Assembly: GCA_045631675.1 (NCBI GenBank)
Contig: JAZQVF010000025.1
Location: 1-36,109, forward strand
DNA from: Candidatus Stercoripulliclostridium sp.
GTDB lineage: Bacteria; Bacillota; Clostridia; Christensenellales; DTU072
DNA length: 36,109 nt
Direction: 5' to 3'
Each line of letters begins with the position of its first letter. Position 1 is the first letter of the stretch. The notes under the pieces were generated by a model, which was not told the origin of the DNA, did no database searches, and was given only the letters and a program-made list of their open reading frames with translations. Below, piece after piece: positions 27,177 to 35,863 of this stretch. The translations under genes and the position numbers were made by a program.

Positions 27177-28298
27177 CTATCTTATTCTATGTAGTTTTTT
27201 TCTTAAAGTTAACTTATTAAAATCAAAGGCGCTTTCTTTAGAAAGGCTTGCAAGCAAGCCTGAGGCAAACATAAAAACCATAAGTGAACTACCACCTGCT
27301 GAAATATATGGTAAAGGCACTCCCGTTGGAGGCACCGCCCCACCTACTACCGCTATATTCAAAAGCGTTTGTATTGCAATAACTGAAGTAATACCCGCCG
27401 CCAACATTCTCGTTCTATTGCTCTCAGCCAAAAGTGCTATTTTAATGCCACTCCAAATTAATATACCGTAGATTATCATTACTACAAGACATCCAAAAAG
27501 CCCTAATTCTTCGCCTATAACTGAGAAAATAAAATCGCTTTCTGCAAAGGGTAAATAAAGATACTTTTGCCTACTATTAAATAGTCCTACTCCAAACAAT
27601 CCCCCTGTGCCTAAAGCATAGTATGATTGTATTAATTGATACCCTTCTCCCTTAGGGTTTGCCCAAGGGTCTACGAATGCAATCAGTCTTTTGATTCTAT
27701 ACGGCTCTATGATTATCAGTATAGGAATGGCTAACGCTACGAGCGCAACACACCATAGTATATGTTTTCTTTTCATTCCACCCAAGTAAAGCATAATTAT
27801 AAAGGAAAGTCCTATTACGATAGTTATGCTCATATTAGGCTCTAACATAACTGATATACAAGTGCTTAGTCCCGCTATAACGGGAATAATTAATTCTTTT
27901 ACTGATATAGGTGGATGCTCGTATAAATAACAAGCAAGAAATATTACTAAACCAAATTTCGCGATCTCTGAACTTTGAAAGGTTATGAACCCTAAATTTA
28001 TCCATCTTGTTGCGCCATAACTTGATTGCCCCACTCCGGGAATGAATAATACGAGTAGTAACGTTAAGGAAAGAAACATTATTATCCATTTGAACTTATT
28101 CAACCATTCTTCTTTTACCATATAGCCAAAAGCCATAGTTACAAGGCCCGCTATAAACCCAACGATTTGCTTTTTGACGTAAAAGAATGCGTCTCCCGTA
28201 TGTAACTCTGCAGAATATGAACTTGCAGAATAAATCATCACTATTCCAAATAGAGATAACGCTAAAGTGGATAAGATTACGTTACGCTTTAAGTGCAT
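27177..28298 (-). CDS. SEDS-family peptidoglycan polymerase (FtsW/SpoVE)
   Basis: Polytopic FtsW/RodA/SpoVE signature (...QSSEIAKF..., ...AESDFIFSVIGEELG..., PLPYISAGGSS). ATG 28298 overlaps the murD 3' end by 17 nt. The track's TTG 28352 is a deeper overlap and less likely. Confidence 0.85.
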   Translation of the reverse strand: MHLKRNVILSTLALSLFGIVMIYSASSYSAELHTGDAFFYVKKQIVGFIAGLVTMAFGYMVKEEWLNKFKWIIMFLSLTLLLVLFIPGVGQSSYGATRWINLGFITFQSSEIAKFGLVIFLACYLYEHPPISVKELIIPVIAGLSTCISVMLEPNMSITIVIGLSFIIMLYLGGMKRKHILWCVALVALAIPILIIIEPYRIKRLIAFVDPWANPKGEGYQLIQSYYALGTGGLFGVGLFNSRQKYLYLPFAESDFIFSVIGEELGLFGCLVVMIIYGILIWSGIKIALLAESNRTRMLAAGITSVIAIQTLLNIAVVGGAVPPTGVPLPYISAGGSSLMVFMFASGLLASLSKESAFDFNKLTLRKKLHRIR

Positions 28299-29568
28299 AT
28301 ACCCTATTTTTAAAGTACTCTCCCCTTTCTTGGTAATTATGATACCTATCAAAACTTGCGCTTGCAGGAGAGAACAATACGGTATCTATGCCGTTAATTG
28401 CACTAAGTTCTTTTACGCAATCGTCTAAAGTGGGCATTATCTTAACGTCGGTATAACCTACCTTCATTGCAGATGCATATATCTTTTCAGCGTTAGCGCC
28501 TGTAATACAAGTAAAACGGACTTTATCATAGATTTCATCAAAAAATTCGGTGTAGTCTTCCTTTTTATCACTTCCACCCATAATTAGCCCTATGTTACCA
28601 CCTACCGTTTCTATCGCAGCAAGACATGCACCTACGTTAGTACCCTTAGAGTCGTTATAGAAACTTATTCCGTTTTTAGTACAAACAAATTCTATACGAT
28701 GTGGAAGTATTCTATACTCCCTAACGAAAGCCATCAACTGCTCCTTAGTTGCTCCTAAAATTCTACCGAGAGTTAGCACTGCCATCATATTAAAACGATT
28801 GTGTTCTCCCCTTGCACGGCTTTCACGTACGCTGATTAGTGGCTGGCCACCTACGTAAAAATAGTTGTCTTTTACGTAAACGTCTCCCTTTTGCTCCCTT
28901 GTGGAAATGTATTTTATGTTTGCAAGCAGTTTCTTACCCATCTCCCTTATTTGCCTACTATCTCCGTTTAAAAAGGCGTAATCAGTTGCTTGTTGAAGGT
29001 TAAATATACGTTTTTTTGCATTGAAATAGTCGTCGTAAGTGGAATAGCGATCCAAATGGTCGGGGGAAAGATTTAGAAAATAAGCATACTTAGGCTTTAA
29101 GGTGTAAGTGCGCTCTAATTGAAAACTTGAACATTCTATTATGGCGTAATCCAACTCTTCTCCGTCTAATACCACTTGGGATACGGGATATCCTACGTTA
29201 CCCATAGTACGCACCTTTTTCCCCATAATTTTGAGCATTTTCTCCAACATATCTACGGTAGTAGTCTTGCCGTTCGTACCCGTTACGGCTATTTTTACTG
29301 CGTTTATACGGCTTGCACCGAGTTCTAATTCACTTATAACTTTTATTCCCCTTCCTTCTGCCTCTCTAACTACGGAATGGTCGTATGGAATGGAAGGGGA
29401 TACCACAACCATCTCTAAACCCTCTAACGCCTCTTCTACCCTATCCTTATAGTTGTTTTCAAGTTCCAATCTATCGTCGTATAAACGGACTTCGTAACCT
29501 TCTTTTTCAAGAAGATGTTTTGCAGATATTCCACTGGATTGCACGCCCATTACTAATGCTGTTTTCAT
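28282..29568 (-). CDS. murD: UDP-N-acetylmuramoyl-L-alanine--D-glutamate ligase
   Basis: 428 aa. VTGTNGKTTT P-loop and the Mur ligase middle and C-terminal domains. Sits between mraY and ftsW. Confidence 0.95.
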   Translation of the reverse strand: MKTALVMGVQSSGISAKHLLEKEGYEVRLYDDRLELENNYKDRVEEALEGLEMVVVSPSIPYDHSVVREAEGRGIKVISELELGASRINAVKIAVTGTNGKTTTVDMLEKMLKIMGKKVRTMGNVGYPVSQVVLDGEELDYAIIECSSFQLERTYTLKPKYAYFLNLSPDHLDRYSTYDDYFNAKKRIFNLQQATDYAFLNGDSRQIREMGKKLLANIKYISTREQKGDVYVKDNYFYVGGQPLISVRESRARGEHNRFNMMAVLTLGRILGATKEQLMAFVREYRILPHRIEFVCTKNGISFYNDSKGTNVGACLAAIETVGGNIGLIMGGSDKKEDYTEFFDEIYDKVRFTCITGANAEKIYASAMKVGYTDVKIMPTLDDCVKELSAINGIDTVLFSPASASFDRYHNYQERGEYFKNRVYALKA

Positions 29569-29576
29569 ATTGCCTC

Positions 29577-30581
29577 CTATAATGCTATCATAAGGGAAAT
29601 CACCCCTGCTATCGTGGTTATAATTGCGTAATATCCTACAATTTTTCCTTCGTTTACGCCTTTTAATTCCAAATGATGATGGAAAGGTGCCATTAAAAAA
29701 ACACGTTTACCCCTCGTTTTAAAACTTATCACTTGCACTATTACTGATATGCAACTAACGACTGCCATTATGCCTACCAATATGCTTATTAAAGGATTTT
29801 TTATAAATAACGCTTGCGCCCCTTGAAATGCACCTAAGGCAAGAGAGCCGGTATCGCCCATAAATATTTTGGCTTTGTGACTGTTAAACCATAGAAAGGC
29901 TATTAGAGAGCCTACAAGAGATAAGGAACATAACATAAGTGAGTATAATTCTTCAGAATGGGTAGTTTTTCCATATGCTAAAGCATCAAGATAGGATAAT
30001 AAGGTTATAAACACGAACGTTACTACGTAAATGGCGCTCGTGGTACCTGCTAAACCATCTAACCCGTCCGTTAGATTTACACCGTTAGACATTGCAAGGA
30101 AGGTAACTATTGCAAACGGTATATAAAAAACACCAAGATTTATTTCTCCTAAAGAAAAATTTAAGGCTATTTTTGCGCCTACGTATGGGTTTTTATAACT
30201 AAAATAGGCAATGAAAAAGGCAACACCCGTTTGGAATATTATCTTTTGGTAAGCCTTTAGTCCCTTATTTTCCTTAAATTTTACCTTTAAATAATCGTCC
30301 AAAAAACCTATTAAACCATATCCTATAGTTACGGCAAGCGCCATTCGGGAAAGAGTGTATCTAAAGCCACCGAATATGGCGGAAATTAGCACGAATGGTA
30401 TTAAAAAGATAAGCCCACCAAAAGTTGGTGTGCCACTTTTAAGGTTGTGTTGCTCAACGTAACTTAGTATGGTTTGTTTGGCCTTTAGTCTACTTGCCGT
30501 TTTAATTACGATAGGCGCAATTAACATACCCAAAATAAAGGTGGATAGAAAGGCAATGCCTATCTCAAAATAATCACTCAT
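29577..30581 (-). CDS. mraY: Phospho-N-acetylmuramoyl-pentapeptide transferase
   Basis: 334 aa. KSGTPTFGG, NLTDGLDGLA, MGDTGSLALG, PFHHHLE. Confidence 0.95.
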   Translation of the reverse strand: MSDYFEIGIAFLSTFILGMLIAPIVIKTASRLKAKQTILSYVEQHNLKSGTPTFGGLIFLIPFVLISAIFGGFRYTLSRMALAVTIGYGLIGFLDDYLKVKFKENKGLKAYQKIIFQTGVAFFIAYFSYKNPYVGAKIALNFSLGEINLGVFYIPFAIVTFLAMSNGVNLTDGLDGLAGTTSAIYVVTFVFITLLSYLDALAYGKTTHSEELYSLMLCSLSLVGSLIAFLWFNSHKAKIFMGDTGSLALGAFQGAQALFIKNPLISILVGIMAVVSCISVIVQVISFKTRGKRVFLMAPFHHHLELKGVNEGKIVGYYAIITTIAGVISLMIAL

Positions 30582-32025
30582 AATTCACTCTATTTAGCAC
30601 CGAAAGTGCTTCCGACCTATCGGAAAACGGATGCCTAACTCCCCTTTCTTCTATGTAATTTTCTGCTCCTTTACCTGCAATAACGACTACGTCATTTATA
30701 CTTGCAGTACTTATTGCATAATTTATGGCGTGAGCACGATTTATTATAGATATGTAATTACCACTTACCAACCTGTGTCCCTTTTCTATCTCTTGTATGA
30801 TTTGTAGTGGTTCTTCATACCTTGGATTGTCGGAAGTAATTACGGTAAAATCAGCCTTTTCGCCTGCAATTTTGCCCATTATGCTACGCTTTTTTGCATC
30901 TCTATTCCCACCGCAACCAAACACTAAAATAAGCCTACCACTCGTTATAGAGCGCGCCGAGTCCAATAGGTTACTTAATCCGTCGGGGGTATGTGCATAA
31001 TCTATTATTACCCGTTTTCTATTTCCTAAAATGTTAAATCTTCCCGGCACTTCTTTCATTCTTTGAAAGCCTTTTATGATACTTTCAGTATCCACGCTAA
31101 GTAGTCTTAGAATAGTTATTGCACAAAGCGCGTTATAAAGGTTAAATTCCCCTATAAACGGTGTGGAAAACTCAAAAACGTCGTCAAAACAGTTGATTAT
31201 TCCCTTTATACCCTTCACTGTTTCATAATCTATACAAAACACGTCAGATGGATTCTTCAAACCATACGTTGCATATGGCACTTCGGTTAGGTTTAGTATC
31301 TCTCTACCTAACTCATCGTCGGCATTAAATACCTGAAATGAACTAAAATTCTTGGAAAATAAGACTTTTTTAGCATTTGCATAACTTTCCATATCGCCAA
31401 AAAAGTCAAGGTGGTCTTGGGTAAAATTAGTTAGTGCTACAACGGTAAAATGCATTCCGTAAAGTTTATAATGGTATAATGCGTGAGCGCTAACTTCCAT
31501 AATTACGTACTCAATTCCACTAAGTTTACATATTTCAAAAACTCTATGTAATTCAATGGGGTCGGGCGTTGTAAAATTAGAGGGAATTTCCCTTTCTCCA
31601 ACACTAATACCTAGCGTGCCTACCGTTGCCACTCTTTTGCCCGTCCATTTAAGCACTTCACTAATCATTCTAACGGTAGTTGTCTTACCGTTAGTACCGG
31701 TAATTCCTATAATTTTTAAATCCTTATGGCTATCGTAGTAAAAATTAGAAGCAATTTGCGCCATAGCCTTTCTTACGTTGGGCGTTACCACTTGAATTAA
31801 ATTTGTTTTCAACGGTTTTTCTACGACAATTGCCTTAGCACCTAACGTTTCTGCATCGCTAACGTAGTTAGCACCATCTTGATGCTCTCCCCTTATTGCA
31901 AAAAACAAAGACCCATCCTTGCAATCTTTAGAGTTATGGGTAAGGTGAGTAATCTCCACACCTAATGCATCTTCCTTTAACTCTACTGACAACTCAACAC
32001 GTACGAGTAAATCTTTAAGTAACAT
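30574..32025 (-). CDS. murE: UDP-N-acetylmuramoyl-L-alanyl-D-glutamate--2,6-diaminopimelate ligase
   Basis: 483 aa. GITGTNGKTTT. The DNPR motif (TSDNPRYEEP) indicates meso-DAP specificity. Confidence 0.95.
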   Translation of the reverse strand: MLLKDLLVRVELSVELKEDALGVEITHLTHNSKDCKDGSLFFAIRGEHQDGANYVSDAETLGAKAIVVEKPLKTNLIQVVTPNVRKAMAQIASNFYYDSHKDLKIIGITGTNGKTTTVRMISEVLKWTGKRVATVGTLGISVGEREIPSNFTTPDPIELHRVFEICKLSGIEYVIMEVSAHALYHYKLYGMHFTVVALTNFTQDHLDFFGDMESYANAKKVLFSKNFSSFQVFNADDELGREILNLTEVPYATYGLKNPSDVFCIDYETVKGIKGIINCFDDVFEFSTPFIGEFNLYNALCAITILRLLSVDTESIIKGFQRMKEVPGRFNILGNRKRVIIDYAHTPDGLSNLLDSARSITSGRLILVFGCGGNRDAKKRSIMGKIAGEKADFTVITSDNPRYEEPLQIIQEIEKGHRLVSGNYISIINRAHAINYAISTASINDVVVIAGKGAENYIEERGVRHPFSDRSEALSVLNRVNYE

Positions 32026-32033
32026 ATTTCTCC

Positions 32034-33713
32034 TTATAGTTCAAAAATATTCTTAAACATTTTTCCTACGTATGGTGCGGCTACGAGACCGCCGTAATAT
32101 GCACCGACGGGCTCGTCTACCACGATTAGTGCAATATATTCCGGTTTTTCAACGGGAGCAAAGCCTATAAAGGTAGAGACGTATTTCCCTCTTGCAATAG
32201 CGCCGTTTTCATATTTTTGTGCAGTACCCGTTTTACCACCTACTCTTATACCCGTAACCTGTGCGCTTTTTCCCGAGCCCGTCAACACTACCCCTTCTAA
32301 GGTGGTACGCATAATTTCAGAGGTACTTTCTTTAATTATCCCCTTTTTAATTTCTCTCCCGCCTTTATATAGCACTTCACCTTGAGAAGAAACTATTTCT
32401 TTCGCAATATAAGGCGTTACGAGATTGCCACCGTTGATTACGCAAGCGCATGCCCTAAGCAATTCTATTGGAGTAACCGCTATTGCTTGACCAAACCCGA
32501 TGCGTGCAAGGTCAACGTTTTTAACGCTTTCTTCCTTTATCGTAAGTCCACTTGCTTCGCCCATAAGGTCTATGCCCGTCTTTTCCGTTAGACCAAATTT
32601 TTCAAGGCCGTCATAGAAATATTCTACGCCAAGAGTTAAGGCTATATTCATAAAAAGACAGTTACAACTGCTCGCTACGCCTTCGCAAAAGGACTGAGAA
32701 CCGTGCCCTTTTGTTTTCCAACACTTTATACGCTGTCCGTCAACCATCAACGCTCCCGCACAATAAGAGCGATAGTTAGTGGTTATTTTCCCACTATCAA
32801 TACCCAAGGCAGCCGTTACCATTTTAAAGGTTGAACCCGGCTCAAAAACGTCGCTAACAAGCCCTATCCTACTCAACTTCATAAGTTCCAAAACGTTATC
32901 TCTCGGCACTTCGTTTAAGTCAAAAGATGGAGTTGTTGCAATGGCTCTAATCTCTCCCGTATTTGGGTCCATAATTATTGCACTAACCGATTTTGAATTG
33001 GTATTAGTTATACACTCAAGTATAGCGTTTTCCGTTATATCTTGAATACGTTTATCTATCGTAAGCATTAAGGTAGCACCCTTTGTACCTTCTACAAAGT
33101 GAGTAACTCCTTCAAGTTCCCTACCTACTAAGTCAGAAGGTGTATAGGCGTATCCGTCCACTCCTTTTAGGTAGTCGTTATAGTATCTCTCCAAACCCGT
33201 TTGACCAACCGCGTCTACGTTTGTAAAACCTAACACTTGCGTTAGAAAGTCTCCGTAAGGGTATACTCTTTTAATACTTTCGGATATAAAAACCCCACTT
33301 ACTTCACTGCTTAATACGTTTAGTATAGTTTCCTTATCCACACCCTTTTTTATGGTAATTTCAGATGTTTTTGACTGCAGTTTTTCCACTAAACGCTCAT
33401 AATTTAAGTTAAGTTTTTCAGAAAGAATACGAGCCGTTTTAGTTTTGTCTACGCAATCTATCGGTCGCGCGTAAACGGTATAGGTGGTTTGAGAATCTGC
33501 AAGCACGACACCGTTAATATCAACAATTTCTCCCCTTTCTGCTTGAATGGGAAGATCTCTGTACCATTGAGACAGCGCCTTAACCTGCATGCTTTCACCG
33601 TTTATTACGGTAACGCTTAGGAGTTTGCAAAACACCGCTACAAATAAAAAGATTACCAGCAAAGCAAGCGCTGATAATCTCTTCTTTTGTAATAATTTAG
33701 TTACTTTTTTAAT
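32034..33713 (-). CDS. Class B penicillin-binding protein (FtsI/PBP2B/SpoVD-type transpeptidase), no PASTA domain
   Basis: STFK, SCN and KTGT motifs plus a PBP dimerisation domain. I extend the track ORF (TTG 33662) upstream to ATT 33713. AAGGAG sits 5 nt upstream of it, and the extension restores a basic tail before the TM helix (MKKVTKLLQKKRLSALALLVIFLFVAVF). Confidence 0.9.
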   Translation of the reverse strand: MKKVTKLLQKKRLSALALLVIFLFVAVFCKLLSVTVINGESMQVKALSQWYRDLPIQAERGEIVDINGVVLADSQTTYTVYARPIDCVDKTKTARILSEKLNLNYERLVEKLQSKTSEITIKKGVDKETILNVLSSEVSGVFISESIKRVYPYGDFLTQVLGFTNVDAVGQTGLERYYNDYLKGVDGYAYTPSDLVGRELEGVTHFVEGTKGATLMLTIDKRIQDITENAILECITNTNSKSVSAIIMDPNTGEIRAIATTPSFDLNEVPRDNVLELMKLSRIGLVSDVFEPGSTFKMVTAALGIDSGKITTNYRSYCAGALMVDGQRIKCWKTKGHGSQSFCEGVASSCNCLFMNIALTLGVEYFYDGLEKFGLTEKTGIDLMGEASGLTIKEESVKNVDLARIGFGQAIAVTPIELLRACACVINGGNLVTPYIAKEIVSSQGEVLYKGGREIKKGIIKESTSEIMRTTLEGVVLTGSGKSAQVTGIRVGGKTGTAQKYENGAIARGKYVSTFIGFAPVEKPEYIALIVVDEPVGAYYGGLVAAPYVGKMFKNIFEL

Positions 33714-33741
33714 ATTCGCTCCTTATATTAGAGCAAAACGA

Positions 33742-34329
33742 TTATTTGTTTGAAAGGGAGTCACACATATCGTCAAACCAGTTGCCTTCTTCCTTTTCAA
33801 ATTCCATCGCAAGAGCGGTGATGCCTTCATCGTTGCTTGCGTTAGCCTTAGTCTTAACCGTTTCGCCACCACCCAAGTTGAGTGCTAATATAGTAGATGC
33901 AACGGCAACGGTAATAAGAACGTATACGCCTATAAAAATTTTGCCAGCCTTAGAAAGTTTTGAAACTCTAACCTTTCTTTCCTTCTTGCTTGCATCCTTA
34001 ACGTCACTGTACTTTGATGCGTAAAATTCATCGGAAGAAAGAAGTTTTTCAGAGCCGTTTGCACGATGTAGTTGTGCTTTCATATATTCATCGTAACTTT
34101 CGTAGTTTTCCTTTTCAGGTACGACTACGCTAACATGTGGTGCGCTGAAATAGTTGAAGGTGTTTTCATCATAGGAAGAAGTGATAGTTGCAGCACCAGA
34201 TGAACGAGATATTTCACTCATTCTCTTTTCGCGCATAAAGATATCGTAGTCGGTGAGAGCCTCTCTTTCTACTATATCAAATACTCTGTTTGAATTTACG
34301 ACTGCTACGTCTCTTCTCAAAGTAACCAT
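33742..34329 (-). CDS. Hypothetical bitopic membrane protein in the FtsL position
   Basis: 195-aa ORF with AGGAG 6 nt upstream of the ATG. ~128-aa polar, Tyr/Glu/Ser-rich N-terminal region, one TM (IFIGVYVLITVAVASTILAL), and a ~45-aa C-terminal tail. I recognise no family signature. Confidence 0.6.
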   Translation of the reverse strand: MVTLRRDVAVVNSNRVFDIVEREALTDYDIFMREKRMSEISRSSGAATITSSYDENTFNYFSAPHVSVVVPEKENYESYDEYMKAQLHRANGSEKLLSSDEFYASKYSDVKDASKKERKVRVSKLSKAGKIFIGVYVLITVAVASTILALNLGGGETVKTKANASNDEGITALAMEFEKEEGNWFDDMCDSLSNK

Positions 34330-34338
34330 ATTTTTCTC

Positions 34339-35271
34339 CTATACCCTTTCAACTATTCTAAGTTTTGCGCTTTCAGCGCGTTTGTTATTTTTTAATTCTT
34401 CCTCACTTGCAACTATCGGTTTTTTAGTGAGTATTTTTACTTCCTGTCTTTTGTTGCACACGCACACCGGAAGGCGTTTGTCGCATATACAATCTTTTTC
34501 AAGTTCTTGGAAGGCGTTTTTAACTATTCTATCTTCTAACGAATGGAAAGTTATAACTGCCATTCTACCGCCTTTCTTGAGCCTTAACGCTACGTTATAA
34601 ATGAAATCGTACAAGCCTTCAAGTTCACCGTTAACTTCAATTCTTACTGCTTGGAAAACTCTCTTTGCAGGATGTCCGTGCTTGAAACGATAACCTGCTG
34701 GGTAGCATCTTTCAATTATGTCGGCAAGTTTGTCGGTAGTCGTAATTTCTTCCTTTTCGCGTTCTCTTACGATTGCCCTTGCAATTTTTCTTGAGAGTTT
34801 ATCTTCGCCGTATTCAAAGAAAATTTTTGCAAGTTCTTCTTCTGAATATCCGTTGATTACACCCTTTGCATCAAGTTCTTGTTCGGTATCCATTCTCATA
34901 TCAAGTGGCGCAGGCTTAGAATAACTAAAGCCTCTGTTTGGGTCATCTATTTGGGGAGATGAGACACCTAAATCAAGAAGTATACCATCAAGTTCATTTA
35001 TCTCTAATTCGTCAAGGTGCGTTTCAATATTCTTGTAATCGTCGTGTACAAAGGTAACTTTTTCAAGGTGTTCTTTTAAGACTTCCTTTGCATTTTCAAT
35101 GGCGTTAGTGTCAAGATCGTTGCAAATTAACTTACCATCTTTTAGTCTTTCAAGTATTCCTTTTGAATGTCCTGCGCCACCTAAAGTGCCGTCTAAATAG
35201 ATGCCGTCTTCCTTGATGTTTAGACCTTCTATACTTTCGTTATATAAAACGGATACGTGTTTAAATTCCAT
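34339..35271 (-). CDS. rsmH: 16S rRNA (cytosine1402-N4)-methyltransferase
   Basis: 310 aa. HVSVL, DGTLGGAGHS, LLDLGVSSPQID, ITFHSLEDRIVK. Confidence 0.95.
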   Translation of the reverse strand: MEFKHVSVLYNESIEGLNIKEDGIYLDGTLGGAGHSKGILERLKDGKLICNDLDTNAIENAKEVLKEHLEKVTFVHDDYKNIETHLDELEINELDGILLDLGVSSPQIDDPNRGFSYSKPAPLDMRMDTEQELDAKGVINGYSEEELAKIFFEYGEDKLSRKIARAIVREREKEEITTTDKLADIIERCYPAGYRFKHGHPAKRVFQAVRIEVNGELEGLYDFIYNVALRLKKGGRMAVITFHSLEDRIVKNAFQELEKDCICDKRLPVCVCNKRQEVKILTKKPIVASEEELKNNKRAESAKLRIVERV

Positions 35272-35272
35272 A

Positions 35273-35707
35273 CTATATGCCGTAGTCCTTTAATGCAACG
35301 AGTGCTTGGTTGAAGTCTTCTGCATCACCTAAACCGATTTCGTTATAACGTTCTTCAGACCAAATTTCCAAATGGTCAAAAGCCCCTGCTACTACGATAT
35401 TTTTAGTGATACCTGCGTAAGCCTTTGCCTTTTGAGGAAGAACGAATCTACCTTGAGCATCTTCTTCAGGCTCAACTACGGAAGTCATAATTTTAGTTAT
35501 TGCCCTTCTTGCTTGAATATCACTAAAGGGAATACTTTCAAACTTTTCGGTGAGTGCATTAAATCTTTTAGCATCCATAACCATAAGGCAACCACTTGCA
35601 CCGTTAAGTACGTAGTAGCCACCACTAAGTTCGTTACGATATTTAGCAGGTAGACGCATACGATTTTTTGCATCTAACATCTGATTAAATTCGCCATAGA
35701 ATGCCAT
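35273..35707 (-). CDS. mraZ: Transcriptional regulator MraZ
   Basis: 144 aa. Duplicated SpoVT/AbrB-like halves (LDAKNRMRLPAKYR ... QGRFVLPQKAKAYAGI). First gene of the dcw operon. Confidence 0.95.
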   Translation of the reverse strand: MAFYGEFNQMLDAKNRMRLPAKYRNELSGGYYVLNGASGCLMVMDAKRFNALTEKFESIPFSDIQARRAITKIMTSVVEPEEDAQGRFVLPQKAKAYAGITKNIVVAGAFDHLEIWSEERYNEIGLGDAEDFNQALVALKDYGI

Positions 35708-35739
35708 AACTTAAAATATCTCCTCACTTTGCTACTTCA

Positions 35740-35768
35740 ATTTTATCATTTTCTTTAACCACTTTCAA
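35740..35768 (-). promoter_or_regulatory. Sigma-A promoter of the mraZ/dcw operon
   Basis: Minus sense: TTGAAA-17 nt-TAAAAT with an extended TGa, ~32 nt upstream of the mraZ ATG. A GAGGAG RBS follows. Confidence 0.6.
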
Positions 35769-35775
35769 CCACTTT
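35749..35775 (-). promoter_or_regulatory. MraZ operator: phased AAAGTGG boxes overlapping the -35
   Basis: Minus sense: AAAGTGG-TTG-AAAGTGG-TTA-AAGAAAA. This is two exact copies and one degenerate copy at 10-bp periodicity, matching the AAAGTG[T/G] / GTGG-type direct repeats described for MraZ. Confidence 0.6.
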
Positions 35776-35794
35776 TTTAAAATTTTAGCATAGT

Positions 35795-35814
35795 TTTAGG
35801 GAAATTTAGGGAAA
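35795..35814. repeat. Perfect tandem 10-mer TTTAGGGAAA x2
   Basis: TTTAGGGAAATTTAGGGAAA. An inverted copy CCCTAAA follows at 35821-27, and the palindrome TACCCTAAAGGGTA lies at 35819-32. Confidence 0.9.
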
Positions 35815-35831
35815 CGCCTACCCTAAAGGGT

Positions 35832-35863
35832 AAAAAAATAGAACATTTGTGAACAAGTGTTCT
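35832..35863 (-). terminator. Terminator-like hairpin + U7 ending whatever is transcribed from the right of the window
   Basis: Minus sense: AGAACACTTG-TTCA-CAAATGTTCT (9 of 10 positions pair) followed by ATTTTTTT. It also contains GAACAAGTGTTC (see findings). Confidence 0.5.
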
